From: Burkholderiales bacterium | Lineage (GTDB): Bacteria; Pseudomonadota; Gammaproteobacteria; Burkholderiales; SG8-39 | Direction of reading: 5' to 3' | NCBI GenBank assembly: GCA_049651845.1 | Contig: JBASCW010000037.1 | Location: forward strand, 501 to 64,500 | Length of the DNA stretch: 64,000 nt | Shown here: positions 43,848 through 52,938 of the stretch, one piece after another | Numbering within the stretch: position 1 is the stretch's first letter | How the letters are laid out: every line of letters starts with the position of its first letter | Notes under the pieces: generated by a model | Databases searched by the model: none | The model's input: only the letters and a program-made list of their open reading frames with translations | What the model was told of the DNA's origin: nothing | Translations under genes and position numbers: made by a program

Positions 43848-44696
43848 GTGATGGCCACGGTGTTCGGCTCGAACCACGTCGCCGCGCGCGTCGCCTTCGA
43901 TCACGGCGCGAACGTGGCGACCGCCGTGGCGTTCCGCGCGACGGGCACTGCGCTTTTCGTGCTTGCCCTTCTTTTCCTGAACGGCATCTCGCTACGAGTT
44001 CAAAGACGCACCTTTCTGCGCTCGCTGGGAATCGGCGTGCTCATCGCGGCGCAGAGCTACTGCCTGTATTCGGCCGTGGCGCTGATCCCGGTGGCGCTCG
44101 CGCTGCTCGCATTCCAGACCTTCCCGATGCTGCTCGCGCTGATCTCCTGGCTTGCGGGCGCCGAGCGTCCGACGCGCCGCGTGCTGATCGCCATGCCGGT
44201 GGCGCTGGCCGGGCTGTCGCTGGCGCTCGACGTTTGGGCCAAGGGCGGCGATCTTGCCGGGCGCTGGTCGGAAATCGGCGCCGGCGTGCTCTGGGCGATG
44301 GGCGCCTCGGTCTCCTTCGCGCTGGCGATGTTCCTCACGACGCGCTGGCAGGCGGGCATGGACGGCCGCCTGCGCAGCTTCTTCAGCATGAGCGTGGTGG
44401 CGGTCGTCGTGCTTGCGGGCGGTGCGCTCGGCGGCGGCTTTGCGCTGCCGCACGACGGCACGGGCTGGCTGGCGCTGCTGCTGCTCACCGCGTTCTACGG
44501 CACGGCGATCACGTCGATGTTCGTGCTGCTGCCGCGGCTGGGCATGGTCAATAACGCGGCGGTGCTCAATTTCGAGCCGATCGCGGTGCTCGGCATCGCC
44601 TGGCTGGTGCTCGGCCAGGCGATCGCGCCGCCGCAGATCGCGGGCGCCTTCATCGTGGTGGGCGCCATCATGTGGATGGGAGCGGGCAAGAGATGA
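43848..44696 (+). CDS. EamA/DMT-family transporter
   Basis: Hydrophobic 282 aa with a duplicated 5-helix pattern. The frame is open upstream (LAEQPIPRGLGIFLLLV) with no canonical start, so the real start may be non-canonical. Confidence 0.7.
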   Translation: MMATVFGSNHVAARVAFDHGANVATAVAFRATGTALFVLALLFLNGISLRVQRRTFLRSLGIGVLIAAQSYCLYSAVALIPVALALLAFQTFPMLLALISWLAGAERPTRRVLIAMPVALAGLSLALDVWAKGGDLAGRWSEIGAGVLWAMGASVSFALAMFLTTRWQAGMDGRLRSFFSMSVVAVVVLAGGALGGGFALPHDGTGWLALLLLTAFYGTAITSMFVLLPRLGMVNNAAVLNFEPIAVLGIAWLVLGQAIAPPQIAGAFIVVGAIMWMGAGKR

Positions 44697-45325
44697 CGAC
44701 GCACCTGTGCATCGTGCGCCACGGCGAAACCGCCTGGAACGCCGAGCACCGCGTGCAGGGGCAGCTCGACGTGCCGCTCAGCGCGGTCGGCCAGGCGCAG
44801 GCGCTCGCGGCGGCGAAGGTGCTCGCGCGCGAATCGTTCGACGCCATCTACTCGAGCGATCTCTCGCGCGCGCGCCAGACGGCGGCGCCGACGGCAGACC
44901 TGCTTTCCCTGGAAATCATCGTGGAAAAGGATCTGCGCGAACGGCATTACGGGATATTCGAGCGCCTGACCTACGCCGAGGTGAAGGCGCGCTTTCCCGA
45001 GGACTACGCGCGCTTCGAGGCGCGCGATCCCGACTACGGCTTCAGGACCGGGGAAACCCTGAGGGATTTCTCAGTCCGCAGCGTCGCCATCCTCTCGAGG
45101 ATCGCGCGCGAGAACGAAGGCCGCAGCATTCTCGCGTTCACGCACGGCGGCGTGCTCGACAAGCTCTACCGCCACGTGACCGGCCTGCCGCTCAGCGCGC
45201 CGCGCGACTTCGGCATCCCCAACGCCGGCCTGAACCGCGTCCAGGTCACCGCCGCTGGCTGGCAGATCGTTCTCTGGGCCGACGTGGCGCACCTCGAGGG
45301 CGCGCTCGACGACCTGCCCGACTAA
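44693..45325 (+). CDS. Histidine phosphatase (phosphoglycerate-mutase-like) family protein
   Basis: RHGETAWN catalytic motif, SDLSRARQTA and FTHGGV. ATGA overlap with the upstream gene. Confidence 0.8.
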   Translation: MTTHLCIVRHGETAWNAEHRVQGQLDVPLSAVGQAQALAAAKVLARESFDAIYSSDLSRARQTAAPTADLLSLEIIVEKDLRERHYGIFERLTYAEVKARFPEDYARFEARDPDYGFRTGETLRDFSVRSVAILSRIARENEGRSILAFTHGGVLDKLYRHVTGLPLSAPRDFGIPNAGLNRVQVTAAGWQIVLWADVAHLEGALDDLPD

Positions 45326-45377
45326 AAGGGGGTCAGAGCAACATTTCAGGTTCTGAAAAGTTGCTCTGACCCCCTTT
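45325..45377. terminator. Long near-perfect hairpin between convergent genes (bidirectional terminator or REP-like element)
   Basis: AAAGGGGGTCAGAGCAACATTTCAG-GTT-CTGAAAAGTTGCTCTGACCCCCTTT forms a 25-bp stem with one mismatch. It starts at the last base of the stop codon of the + gene and ends 3 nt before the stop of the - gene. Confidence 0.6.
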
Positions 45378-45379
45378 AT

Positions 45380-47455
45380 CTAGCGGACCACTTTGAAGAG
45401 GTTGTTGAAGCTGTCGGTCCAGGGCTCGAGGCCCTTGATCGGCTCGATCTTCTCGGCGCTGGCGAAGCGCTTGTCGGCGACGAGATGGTCGTTCTCGGTG
45501 ACCAGCACGTAGGAGGTGCCCGAGTACTTGTCCTCGGACGGCTCGTCGTCCATCAGCAGGATCTTCATGCCCTCGGCCTCGGCGACCAGCTTCAGCTGCG
45601 GCGCGAGGTTCACGAAGCGGTTGGTGACGTTGTAGACGATCACGCCGCCGGGCGCGAGGTGGCGCCGGTAGGCGCGCAGCGCCTCGTGCGTGAGCAGGTG
45701 GATCGGGATCGAGCCGCTGGAGAACGCGTCCACCGAGATCAGGTCGAAATTCTGCGGCGGGTCGCGCTCCATGTTGAGCCGGCCGTCGCCGGTCAAGAGG
45801 TCGATCTTCGCGGGCGAGTCCTTGAGGTACCAGAACTCCTCCTGCGCGATCCTCACCACCTCGGGGTCGAGCTCGTAGACGCGGAAATAGTCGCCCGCCT
45901 TGCCCCAGGCGATGAACGAGCCCACGCCCAGGCCGATGATGCCGATGCGCCGCGGCCGGCCGCTGTAGAAATCGAGCGCCTTGGCGATGCCCGAGCCCGG
46001 CCCGAAGTAGCTGATCGGCTCCCTGCGCTTGTCCGGGTCGACGTACTGCCAGCCGTGGTTGATCACGCCGTGCAGCAGCGCGCGCGAGGCGAGCGCCTCG
46101 CTGCCGCGCTCGTATTCCTTGACGCGCAGCGTGCCGTAGAAATTGCGCTTCATCACCACCACGTTGCCGCGGATGTAGTCGTAGTACTCCCACGCATGCC
46201 AGCCGACGTACCCGGTCACCGCGAGCGCTGCCGCGGCAGCAACGTATAGAAGATTCTTTTTTCTTGAAGAACCTACTTCAACGCGTGTGGATCTCCAACT
46301 GAGCCACGCAGCGATGAGGCCGCAGGCGATGAGCGCGAGCGGCAGCTCGAGGAAGGTGCTGAAGATGCGCGGCGCGACCAGGCCGACGAACAGGCCGCCC
46401 GCGGCGCCGCCGATCGAGATCATCAGGTAGAAGCGCGTCAGGTACCTGGGCGCCGGCCGCATCGCCGCGAGCTCGCCGTGGCAGAACATGCAGGCGACGA
46501 ACAGGCCCGTGCAGTACAGCGCGATCGAGGCGCGGATGTTCATCACGCCCAGGTTCTGCGACAGGTAGTAGGCCATCGCCGCGGTCAGCGCGAACAGCAG
46601 CGGCAGGCCCCAGGCGCGCGCGTACCAGCCGCTCGTGCGCCGCCCGCTGCCGACGTCGAAGACGAGGATGAACGACAGCAGGTACAGCACCAGCGGCAGG
46701 ATCCAGACGAACGGCACCGAGGCCACGTTCTGGGTGATGTGGCTGGTCACCGCGAGCAGCAGCAGCGAGCCGAGCGCCGAGAGCACCAGCCAGAACAGGT
46801 AGTCGACCGCGCGCGGCGCGGGCTCACCGCCGGTCTGCGGGTTCATCACGGTCTCGACCGGGTTGGTGATCGCCGGCTTGCCCGCGGCGAGCCACGCCGA
46901 GGCGACGCACAGCAGCGCGAACGCGACGTAGACGCCGCTCCAGGCGTAGGACTGCGCCTGCAGCGTGATCGCCGGCTCGATCAGCGGCGGGTAGGCGATC
47001 AGCGCGACCAGCGAGGCGAGGTTGGAGAGCGCGAACAGGCGGTACACCGTGGCGCTCGGGAAGCTGCGCGCGAACCAGGCCTGCACCAGGGGACCGGTGG
47101 TCGAGAGCAGGAAGTAGGGCAGGCCGATGGTGGTCAGCAGCAGCAGCAGGATGCGCGGCGCGGGCTCGGTGTCCGGCGCGGGTTTCCAGGACTCGGCTGC
47201 GAGGATCGGCAGGAAGGCGAGGCTTGCGGCCAGCAGCACCGTGTGCACGAGCGCCTGCGCGCGCGGTGTGAAGCGCCGCGCGAGCGCGTCCGCGTAGGCG
47301 TAGCCGCCGAGCAGCGCCAGCTGGAAGAACACCATGCAGACGGTCCACACGGAGGCGTTGCCGCCGAACCAGGGCAGGATCTGCTTGGCGATGATCGGCT
47401 GCACGAGGAACAGCAGGAACGCGCTGGTGAAAACGGTGGCGGCGAAGAGAAACAT
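45380..47455 (-). CDS. Fused multi-TM / spermidine-synthase-like methyltransferase-fold protein
   Basis: 691 aa. The N-terminal ~400 aa are polytopic (FLLFLVQPIIAKQILPWFGG). The C-terminal domain has GIIGLGVGS, YELDPEVV, DLISVDAFS and GGVIVYN. Confidence 0.8.
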   Translation of the reverse strand: MFLFAATVFTSAFLLFLVQPIIAKQILPWFGGNASVWTVCMVFFQLALLGGYAYADALARRFTPRAQALVHTVLLAASLAFLPILAAESWKPAPDTEPAPRILLLLLTTIGLPYFLLSTTGPLVQAWFARSFPSATVYRLFALSNLASLVALIAYPPLIEPAITLQAQSYAWSGVYVAFALLCVASAWLAAGKPAITNPVETVMNPQTGGEPAPRAVDYLFWLVLSALGSLLLLAVTSHITQNVASVPFVWILPLVLYLLSFILVFDVGSGRRTSGWYARAWGLPLLFALTAAMAYYLSQNLGVMNIRASIALYCTGLFVACMFCHGELAAMRPAPRYLTRFYLMISIGGAAGGLFVGLVAPRIFSTFLELPLALIACGLIAAWLSWRSTRVEVGSSRKKNLLYVAAAAALAVTGYVGWHAWEYYDYIRGNVVVMKRNFYGTLRVKEYERGSEALASRALLHGVINHGWQYVDPDKRREPISYFGPGSGIAKALDFYSGRPRRIGIIGLGVGSFIAWGKAGDYFRVYELDPEVVRIAQEEFWYLKDSPAKIDLLTGDGRLNMERDPPQNFDLISVDAFSSGSIPIHLLTHEALRAYRRHLAPGGVIVYNVTNRFVNLAPQLKLVAEAEGMKILLMDDEPSEDKYSGTSYVLVTENDHLVADKRFASAEKIEPIKGLEPWTDSFNNLFKVVR

Positions 47456-47504
47456 CTGTTGCGAAGACCCGGGGCGTGAAAAAGGCGGTGAATTATAAGG
47501 AAAA

Positions 47505-48476
47505 CTAGACCGCCAGCGGGTCCTCGTTCATCGCCGCGGACTGCTCGCGCAATTCCAGGATGCGGTCCTGCCAGTAGCGCGCCGTGCCGAACCAGGGAAA
47601 CGCGGCCGGGAAGGCCGGGTCCTCCCAGCGGCGCGCCAGCCAGTAGGAGTAGTGCAGCAGCCGCAACGTGCGCAGCGGCTCGACGAGGCGCAACTCGGCG
47701 CGGCGAAAGGCGTGGAACTGCTCGTAGCCGTCGAGCAGCGCCTTGAGCTGCTTCGCCGCCGTCTCGCGGTCGCCCGCGAGCAGCATCCACAGGTCCTGCA
47801 CCGCCGGGCCCATGCGCGCGTCGTCCAGGTCGACGAAATGGGGACCCTCCGGGGTCCAGAGGATATTGCCGGCATGGCAGTCGCCGTGCAGGCGGATGTT
47901 GCGGACGTCGTCGAAGAACGGCTCCACGCGATCGAGCGCTTCGTCGACCACGCCCGCCCACACGTCCTCGAGGTCCTCGGGAATCATCCCGGAATCGAGC
48001 AGCCAGTCGCGCGGCTCGACGCCGAAAGTCGCGAAGCCGAGCACCGGCCGTTCGATGAACGGCTGCGCCGCGCCCACGGCATGAATGCGGCCGAGGAAGC
48101 GGCCGATCCACTCCAGCACTTTCGGGTCCTCCAGCTCCGGCGTGCGGCCGCCGCGGCGCGGGAACACGGCGAAGCGGAAGCTGGAGAACTCGTGAAGCGT
48201 CCTGCCATCCGTTGCGATCGGCGCAACCACCGGAATCTCCCTTTCGGCGAGCTCCAGCGAGAACGTGTGCTCCTCGAGGATCTGCGCGTCGCTCCAGCGT
48301 TGCGGCCGGTAGAACTTCGCCACCACGGTGGTGTTGTCTTCGAGGCTGACCTGGTAGACGCGGTTCTCGTAGCTGTTGAGCGCGAGCAGCCGGCCGTCGC
48401 CGCGCAGGCCGATGCTCTCGAGCGCATCGAGCACCGCGTCGGGCGTGAGGCCGTCGTAGGGACGCGCGCCGGCCAA
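47505..48476 (-). CDS. srkA: Stress-response Ser/Thr kinase SrkA (YihE/RdoA family)
   Basis: LNSYENRVYQV, AKFYRPQRWS, HGDCHAGNILW and VDLDDARMGP. TTG start. Confidence 0.8.
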   Translation of the reverse strand: MAGARPYDGLTPDAVLDALESIGLRGDGRLLALNSYENRVYQVSLEDNTTVVAKFYRPQRWSDAQILEEHTFSLELAEREIPVVAPIATDGRTLHEFSSFRFAVFPRRGGRTPELEDPKVLEWIGRFLGRIHAVGAAQPFIERPVLGFATFGVEPRDWLLDSGMIPEDLEDVWAGVVDEALDRVEPFFDDVRNIRLHGDCHAGNILWTPEGPHFVDLDDARMGPAVQDLWMLLAGDRETAAKQLKALLDGYEQFHAFRRAELRLVEPLRTLRLLHYSYWLARRWEDPAFPAAFPWFGTARYWQDRILELREQSAAMNEDPLAV

Positions 48477-48477
48477 T

Positions 48478-49674
48478 TCAGTCCGCTCCCGGTGGCGCGT
48501 CCATCAGCAGCGGCAGCGCGTTCCAGACTTCGTGCGCGTTGGCGCCGAGCAGCACGCAGGCGCCCGGCGGCCAGGCCTTCAGGTACGAGACGTACAGCGA
48601 GACGTTCGAATAGCCGAGGCCGATGAACGCGCCGCAGCGCGCCGCGAGATAGGCATCCACCATCACCTCGACGCCGGTCCGCACCGGATCGCGCCCGGCG
48701 AGGTAGTGCACTCCGACGTTCGACGTGGCGCGCGTGCAGGGCGTGGCGAGCACGCGCCCGCCGTAGCGCTCGCCGTAGAACGCGCGCACGCGCTCGTCGT
48801 CGGTGAGCAGGAAGATCCTCGCGTCGGAATGCGCACGCAGCTTCTCGTCCAGCGGCTCGAAGTAGGCGCGCAGCGTCGCCTCCAGGTCGCTCACTTCCTC
48901 GATCTTGTCGCTGCCGCGCACGTGCACGGCGACGAGCGGCCCGCCGCCGAAATGCGCCGCCGCGAAGCGCTCGACCTCGGCCGCGATCGGCGGCCGCGGC
49001 CGCAGGTACTTGCGCACCAGCGCGCGGTACGCCTCGGGCAGCGGCGCGCCGGCGAGCGCGTGCGAGGCGGGCAGCCAGGGCAGGATCGCGTTGAGGTTGC
49101 TGTGGAAGTCGCTCACCACCACCTCCTCGTCGCGGTCGAGCAGCTCGATGCTCGCCAGCCGGCTGCCGTCGCCGGTCCAGCGCTGGCGGATCGGCCCGGC
49201 GAGCGAAGCGTCGTCCCACTTGGCGGGAAAGCGCCTGAGCTCGGGCGCATCCAGCTCGCGCAGCGTGGCGCCCGACACCGGCTCGAAGAACCGGTCCCAG
49301 GCGTTGCCCGCCGCGTCGCCCGAGAAGCGGCTTTGCGCTCCCCACCAGGCGATCGGCGTCCGATGGGAGATTTCCGCGAGCAGGCACATGCCGAGCACAT
49401 GGTCCACGTCCGACCAGAAGCCCTGCGACCACTCGCGCACGAGGAGGTAGCGGGCCCCCGAGGATGCGGCGGCGGGCCGCTGCAGCGTGCGCGCAAGTTC
49501 TTCGAGCAGCCGGCGCGCGCGCGCGTTGCCCGGGTCGAGCTGCAGTGCGTTGCGGGCGAGCAACTCGGCGATGTCGCGCCGGCGGCGATGCTGCATGAAG
49601 TCGTCGGCGGCCTCGGCGTACTCGGCGGCCTGCGCCCGGTTGTCCCCGTCGGGCGTGGGGGTTTCGCTTGCCAC
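48478..49674 (-). CDS. Hypothetical protein, possibly a fucosyltransferase-fold glycosyltransferase
   Basis: 398 aa with a TPR-like N-terminus. VAVHVRGSDK, IFLLTDDE and VDAYLAARCGAFIG resemble GT families of the O-fucosyltransferase/NodZ type. The functional call is weak. Confidence 0.35.
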   Translation of the reverse strand: MASETPTPDGDNRAQAAEYAEAADDFMQHRRRRDIAELLARNALQLDPGNARARRLLEELARTLQRPAAASSGARYLLVREWSQGFWSDVDHVLGMCLLAEISHRTPIAWWGAQSRFSGDAAGNAWDRFFEPVSGATLRELDAPELRRFPAKWDDASLAGPIRQRWTGDGSRLASIELLDRDEEVVVSDFHSNLNAILPWLPASHALAGAPLPEAYRALVRKYLRPRPPIAAEVERFAAAHFGGGPLVAVHVRGSDKIEEVSDLEATLRAYFEPLDEKLRAHSDARIFLLTDDERVRAFYGERYGGRVLATPCTRATSNVGVHYLAGRDPVRTGVEVMVDAYLAARCGAFIGLGYSNVSLYVSYLKAWPPGACVLLGANAHEVWNALPLLMDAPPGAD

Positions 49675-49741
49675 GGCGTCATTCTAGGGCTTCCCCGACC
49701 CCCGCTTGACAGCCCGGGGGCGCTGGACAATACTAAACCTT

Positions 49742-50185
49742 ATGGTTAAGTATGAAGAACCCGTCCTCGACCGCGTGTTCTCGGCGCTCGCCGACCCGAC
49801 GCGCCGCGGCGTGCTCGAGGCGCTCGCGGGCGGCAGCTGCGCGGTGAGCGAGCTCGCCGCGCCCTCGGGCATGTCGCTGCCGGGCTTCATGAAGCACCTG
49901 CGCGTGCTCGAGGAGGCGGGCCTGATCGCGCGCGAGAAAGAGGGCCGCGTGGTGAGCTGCGAGCTCTTTGCCGCGCCGATGAAGGCCGCCTCCGAGTGGA
50001 TGTCGCGCTACGAGAAATTCTGGAGCGACAAGCTCGACTCGCTCGCCCGCTACCTGTACCAGCAAGAGGAGCTGCAGACATGGAACAAGCCAGCGTTCAA
50101 ACCAAGCCCTCGCTCGTCCTCCACCGCAGGTTCGCCGTCGCGCCGGAGAAGGTCTGGCGGGCGTGGACCGACCCGCAGGCGATAG
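49742..50185 (+). CDS. ArsR/SmtB-family transcriptional regulator
   Basis: FSALADPTRRGVLEALAGGSCAVSELAAPSGMSLPGFMKHLRVLEEAGLI winged helix. The ORF runs 106 nt into the next gene, so its last ~35 codons (Ser/Arg-rich) may not be native. Confidence 0.75.
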   Translation: MVKYEEPVLDRVFSALADPTRRGVLEALAGGSCAVSELAAPSGMSLPGFMKHLRVLEEAGLIAREKEGRVVSCELFAAPMKAASEWMSRYEKFWSDKLDSLARYLYQQEELQTWNKPAFKPSPRSSSTAGSPSRRRRSGGRGPTRRR

Positions 50186-50535
50186 CCAAGTGGTGGGGGC
50201 CGGGCGGGCAGGACCCGGTCTCGCTCGCCGAGCTCGACCTGCGCGTCGGCGGGCGCTTTCGCATCGTCTTCGGCGGCCCGAAGGGCACCGAACACGAGTG
50301 CGCCGGCATCTACAAGGAGGTGGTGCCCAACCGCAGGCTGGTGTTCACCTGGTGCTGGCCGAACACCACGCCAGAGCGCGTGTCGCAGGTGACGATCCTG
50401 TTCCGCGCCGAGGCCGGCGGCACCGACATGGAGTTCCGCCACGAGCAGTTCTTCGACGAGGCGGCGCGCGACGGCCACCGGCGCGGCTGGACCGAGACCT
50501 TCGCCAAGCTCGACGATTATCTGAAATCAACCTAA
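50080..50535 (+). CDS. SRPBCC / Aha1-domain protein
   Basis: FAVAPEKVWRAWTDPQAIAKWWGP, GGRFRIVF, NRRLVFTW and GWTETFAKLDDYL. Confidence 0.8.
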   Translation: MEQASVQTKPSLVLHRRFAVAPEKVWRAWTDPQAIAKWWGPGGQDPVSLAELDLRVGGRFRIVFGGPKGTEHECAGIYKEVVPNRRLVFTWCWPNTTPERVSQVTILFRAEAGGTDMEFRHEQFFDEAARDGHRRGWTETFAKLDDYLKST

Positions 50536-50545
50536 GGAGATTGCA

Positions 50546-50905
50546 GTGGCCTATGTGGATGGTTTTGTCGTTCCGGTGCCAAAGAAAAAGCGCGCCGCCT
50601 ATGTCGCAATGGCGCGCAAGGCCTGCAGGGTCTGGAAGGATCACGGCGCGCTCGACTACCACGAGTGCCTCGCCGACGACGTGAGCTGGGGCAAGCGCAC
50701 CTCGTTCCCGCGCAGCGTCAAGCTCAAGGCGAGCGAGCAGGTCTGGTTCTCGTGGATCGTCTACCGCAACCGCAAGCACCGCGACCGTGTGATGGCGAAG
50801 GCGATGAAGGACAAGCGCCTCGCATCGATGATGGACGTCAAGAAGCTGCCGTTCGATGCGAAGCGCATGATCTTCGGCGGCTTCAAGGTCGTGGTGAGTC
50901 TGTAA
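50546..50905 (+). CDS. DUF1428-family protein
   Basis: MAYVDGFVVPVPKKKRAAYVAMARKA, FSWIVYRNRKHRD and FGGF. Confidence 0.7.
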   Translation: MAYVDGFVVPVPKKKRAAYVAMARKACRVWKDHGALDYHECLADDVSWGKRTSFPRSVKLKASEQVWFSWIVYRNRKHRDRVMAKAMKDKRLASMMDVKKLPFDAKRMIFGGFKVVVSL

Positions 50906-50916
50906 GGAGAGCGGCC

Positions 50917-51621
50917 ATGCCGGAGCACAAGATGGTCTCGAGAGAGGAATGGCTCGTCGCGCGCAAGGCGCTGCTTGCCCGGGAAAAGGCGTTCAGCCGG
51001 CAGCGCGACGAGCTCGCGCGCGCGCGCCGCGAGCTGCCGCGCGTAAAGGTCGAGAAGGACTACGTCTTCGACGCGCCCGAGGGCAGGCGCACGCTCGCCG
51101 AGCTGTTCGGCGCGAACAGCCAGCTCATCGTCTACCACTTCATGCTGGGTCCCGGCTGGGACGCGGGCTGCAAGAGCTGCTCCTACCTCGCGGACCACTT
51201 CGACGGCATGCTGCCGCACCTGGCCGCGCGTGACGTGAGGTTCGTCGCGGTCTCGCGCGCGCCGCTCGCGGAGATCGAGGCCTTCCGCAGGCGCATGGGC
51301 TGGAAATTCCCTTGGGTGTCGTCGAACGGCAACGACTTCAACTACGACTTCCACGTTTCGTTCCGCAAGGAGGACATCGGCAACAAGCGCAAGGTCGAGT
51401 ACAACTACGCGCTCGGCGACGCCAGCATGGAAGAACTCCCGGGCGCGAGCGCGTTTTGCAAGGACGGGCAGGGCACCGTGTTCCACACCTATTCCACCTA
51501 CGCGCGCGGCCTGGATACGCTGATCGGCGCCTACAACTGGCTCGACATCGCGCCCAAGGGTCGGGACGAGGACGGCCTGGAATTCACCATGGCATGGGTG
51601 CGCCACCGTGACCGGTACTGA
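50917..51621 (+). CDS. DUF899 thioredoxin-like family protein
   Basis: VSREEWLVARKALLAREKAFSRQRDELARARRELP, GCKSCSYLADHFDG, and PGASAF...GTVFHTYSTYARG. Confidence 0.75.
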   Translation: MPEHKMVSREEWLVARKALLAREKAFSRQRDELARARRELPRVKVEKDYVFDAPEGRRTLAELFGANSQLIVYHFMLGPGWDAGCKSCSYLADHFDGMLPHLAARDVRFVAVSRAPLAEIEAFRRRMGWKFPWVSSNGNDFNYDFHVSFRKEDIGNKRKVEYNYALGDASMEELPGASAFCKDGQGTVFHTYSTYARGLDTLIGAYNWLDIAPKGRDEDGLEFTMAWVRHRDRY

Positions 51622-51649
51622 CCGACTACCTGAACAAGACCTGAGAGTA

Positions 51650-52099
51650 ATGGCCATGAACAAGACGCAAGCCGCAGCACAGCAAGTCCAGCCCTATCTC
51701 TTTTTCGACGGCCGCTGCGAGGAGGCGCTCGAGTTCTACAAGAGCGCGCTCGGCGCCAAGGTGGACATGATGATGCGCTTCAAGGACAGCCCCGATCCCG
51801 TGCCGGCGGGCCAGTGCGCGCCGAATTCCGACGACAAGATCATGCACTCCGCGTTCCGCGTCGGCGAGACGCTGATCATGGCCTCCGACGGCGTGGCCGG
51901 CGGCAAGCCGGAGTTCAAGGGCTTCTCGCTGTCGGTGAACGCGAAGGACGAGGCCGAGGCCGACCGCATCTTCGCCGCACTCGGCAAGGGCGGCCAGGTG
52001 CAGATGCCGCTCGGCAAGACCTTCTTTTCGCCGCGTTTCGGCATGGTCGCGGACAAGTTCGGCGTCGGCTGGATGGTGATCGTGATGCCGAGCCCCTGA
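51650..52099 (+). CDS. VOC/glyoxalase-fold protein (PhnB-like)
   Basis: QPYLFFDGRCEEALEFYKSALGA, IMHSAFRVGETLIMASD, and FSPRFGMVADKFGVGWMV. Confidence 0.75.
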   Translation: MAMNKTQAAAQQVQPYLFFDGRCEEALEFYKSALGAKVDMMMRFKDSPDPVPAGQCAPNSDDKIMHSAFRVGETLIMASDGVAGGKPEFKGFSLSVNAKDEAEADRIFAALGKGGQVQMPLGKTFFSPRFGMVADKFGVGWMVIVMPSP

Positions 52100-52116
52100 G
52101 TTACACTGCGGGCCGC

Positions 52117-52920
52117 ATGGGCCCCAGCGACGATCTGGTCGAAATTTCGGACCTGCACTTTTCCTACGGGGATCATTCCGTGCTGAGCGGGCTGTCGCTG
52201 CACATCCCGCGTGGCAAGGTGGTGGCGATTCTCGGCGGCAGTGGCAGCGGCAAATCCACGCTGCTCAAGCTGATCGGCGGGCAGCTGTCTCCGGCGCGCG
52301 GCTCGATCCGCGTCGACGGCCAGGTGGTGGATGAGCTCGGCGCCGACGCGCTCTACGCGCTGCGGCGCAAGATGGGCATGATGTTCCAGTCGAGCGGCCT
52401 GTTCACCGACCTCTCGGTGTACGAGAACATCGCCTTTCCGATCCGCGAGCACTACAACCTGCCCGAGGAGCTGGTGCGCTCGCTCGTGCTCATGAAGCTG
52501 GACGCGGTCGGCCTGCGCGGCGCGCGCGACATGATGCCCGCCGACCTCTCGGGCGGCATGACGCGGCGCGTGGCGCTCGCGCGCGCGATCGCCACCGACC
52601 CGATGCTGGCGATGTACGACGAGCCCCTGGCGGGCCTCGACCCGATCTCGCTCAACGTGATCGTCACGCTGATCCGCAAGCTCAACGACGCGCTCGGCCT
52701 CACCTCGATCGTCGTCACCTATGACGTCTCGGAGTCGCTCAAGCTGGTGGACTACATCTACGTGATCGCCGATGGCCGGCTCATGGGCGAGGGCACGCCG
52801 GACGCGCTGCTCGCCTCGGAAGATCCCTACCTCAAGCAGTTCCTCAAGGCGCTGCCCGACGGCCCGGTGCGCTTCCACTTCCCCGCCAAGCCGCTCGAAG
52901 AGCAGCTCGGGCTGAAGTAG
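52117..52920 (+). CDS. mlaF: MlaF-type ABC transporter ATP-binding protein
   Basis: Walker A GGSGSGKST, signature LSGGMTRRVALARA and Walker B MYDEP. The C-terminal extension DPYLKQFL..GPVRF is typical of MlaF. Confidence 0.8.
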   Translation: MGPSDDLVEISDLHFSYGDHSVLSGLSLHIPRGKVVAILGGSGSGKSTLLKLIGGQLSPARGSIRVDGQVVDELGADALYALRRKMGMMFQSSGLFTDLSVYENIAFPIREHYNLPEELVRSLVLMKLDAVGLRGARDMMPADLSGGMTRRVALARAIATDPMLAMYDEPLAGLDPISLNVIVTLIRKLNDALGLTSIVVTYDVSESLKLVDYIYVIADGRLMGEGTPDALLASEDPYLKQFLKALPDGPVRFHFPAKPLEEQLGLK

Positions 52921-52938
52921 CAAAGCGTCCCGCCGTTC

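Noticed and set aside
50080-50185. 106-nt overlap between the ArsR-family ORF and the SRPBCC gene as a meaningful dual-coding segment
   Set aside because: The ArsR winged-helix domain is complete well before the overlap. The overlapping tail is low-complexity Ser/Arg/Pro, more likely a lost or late stop codon than a functional extension.
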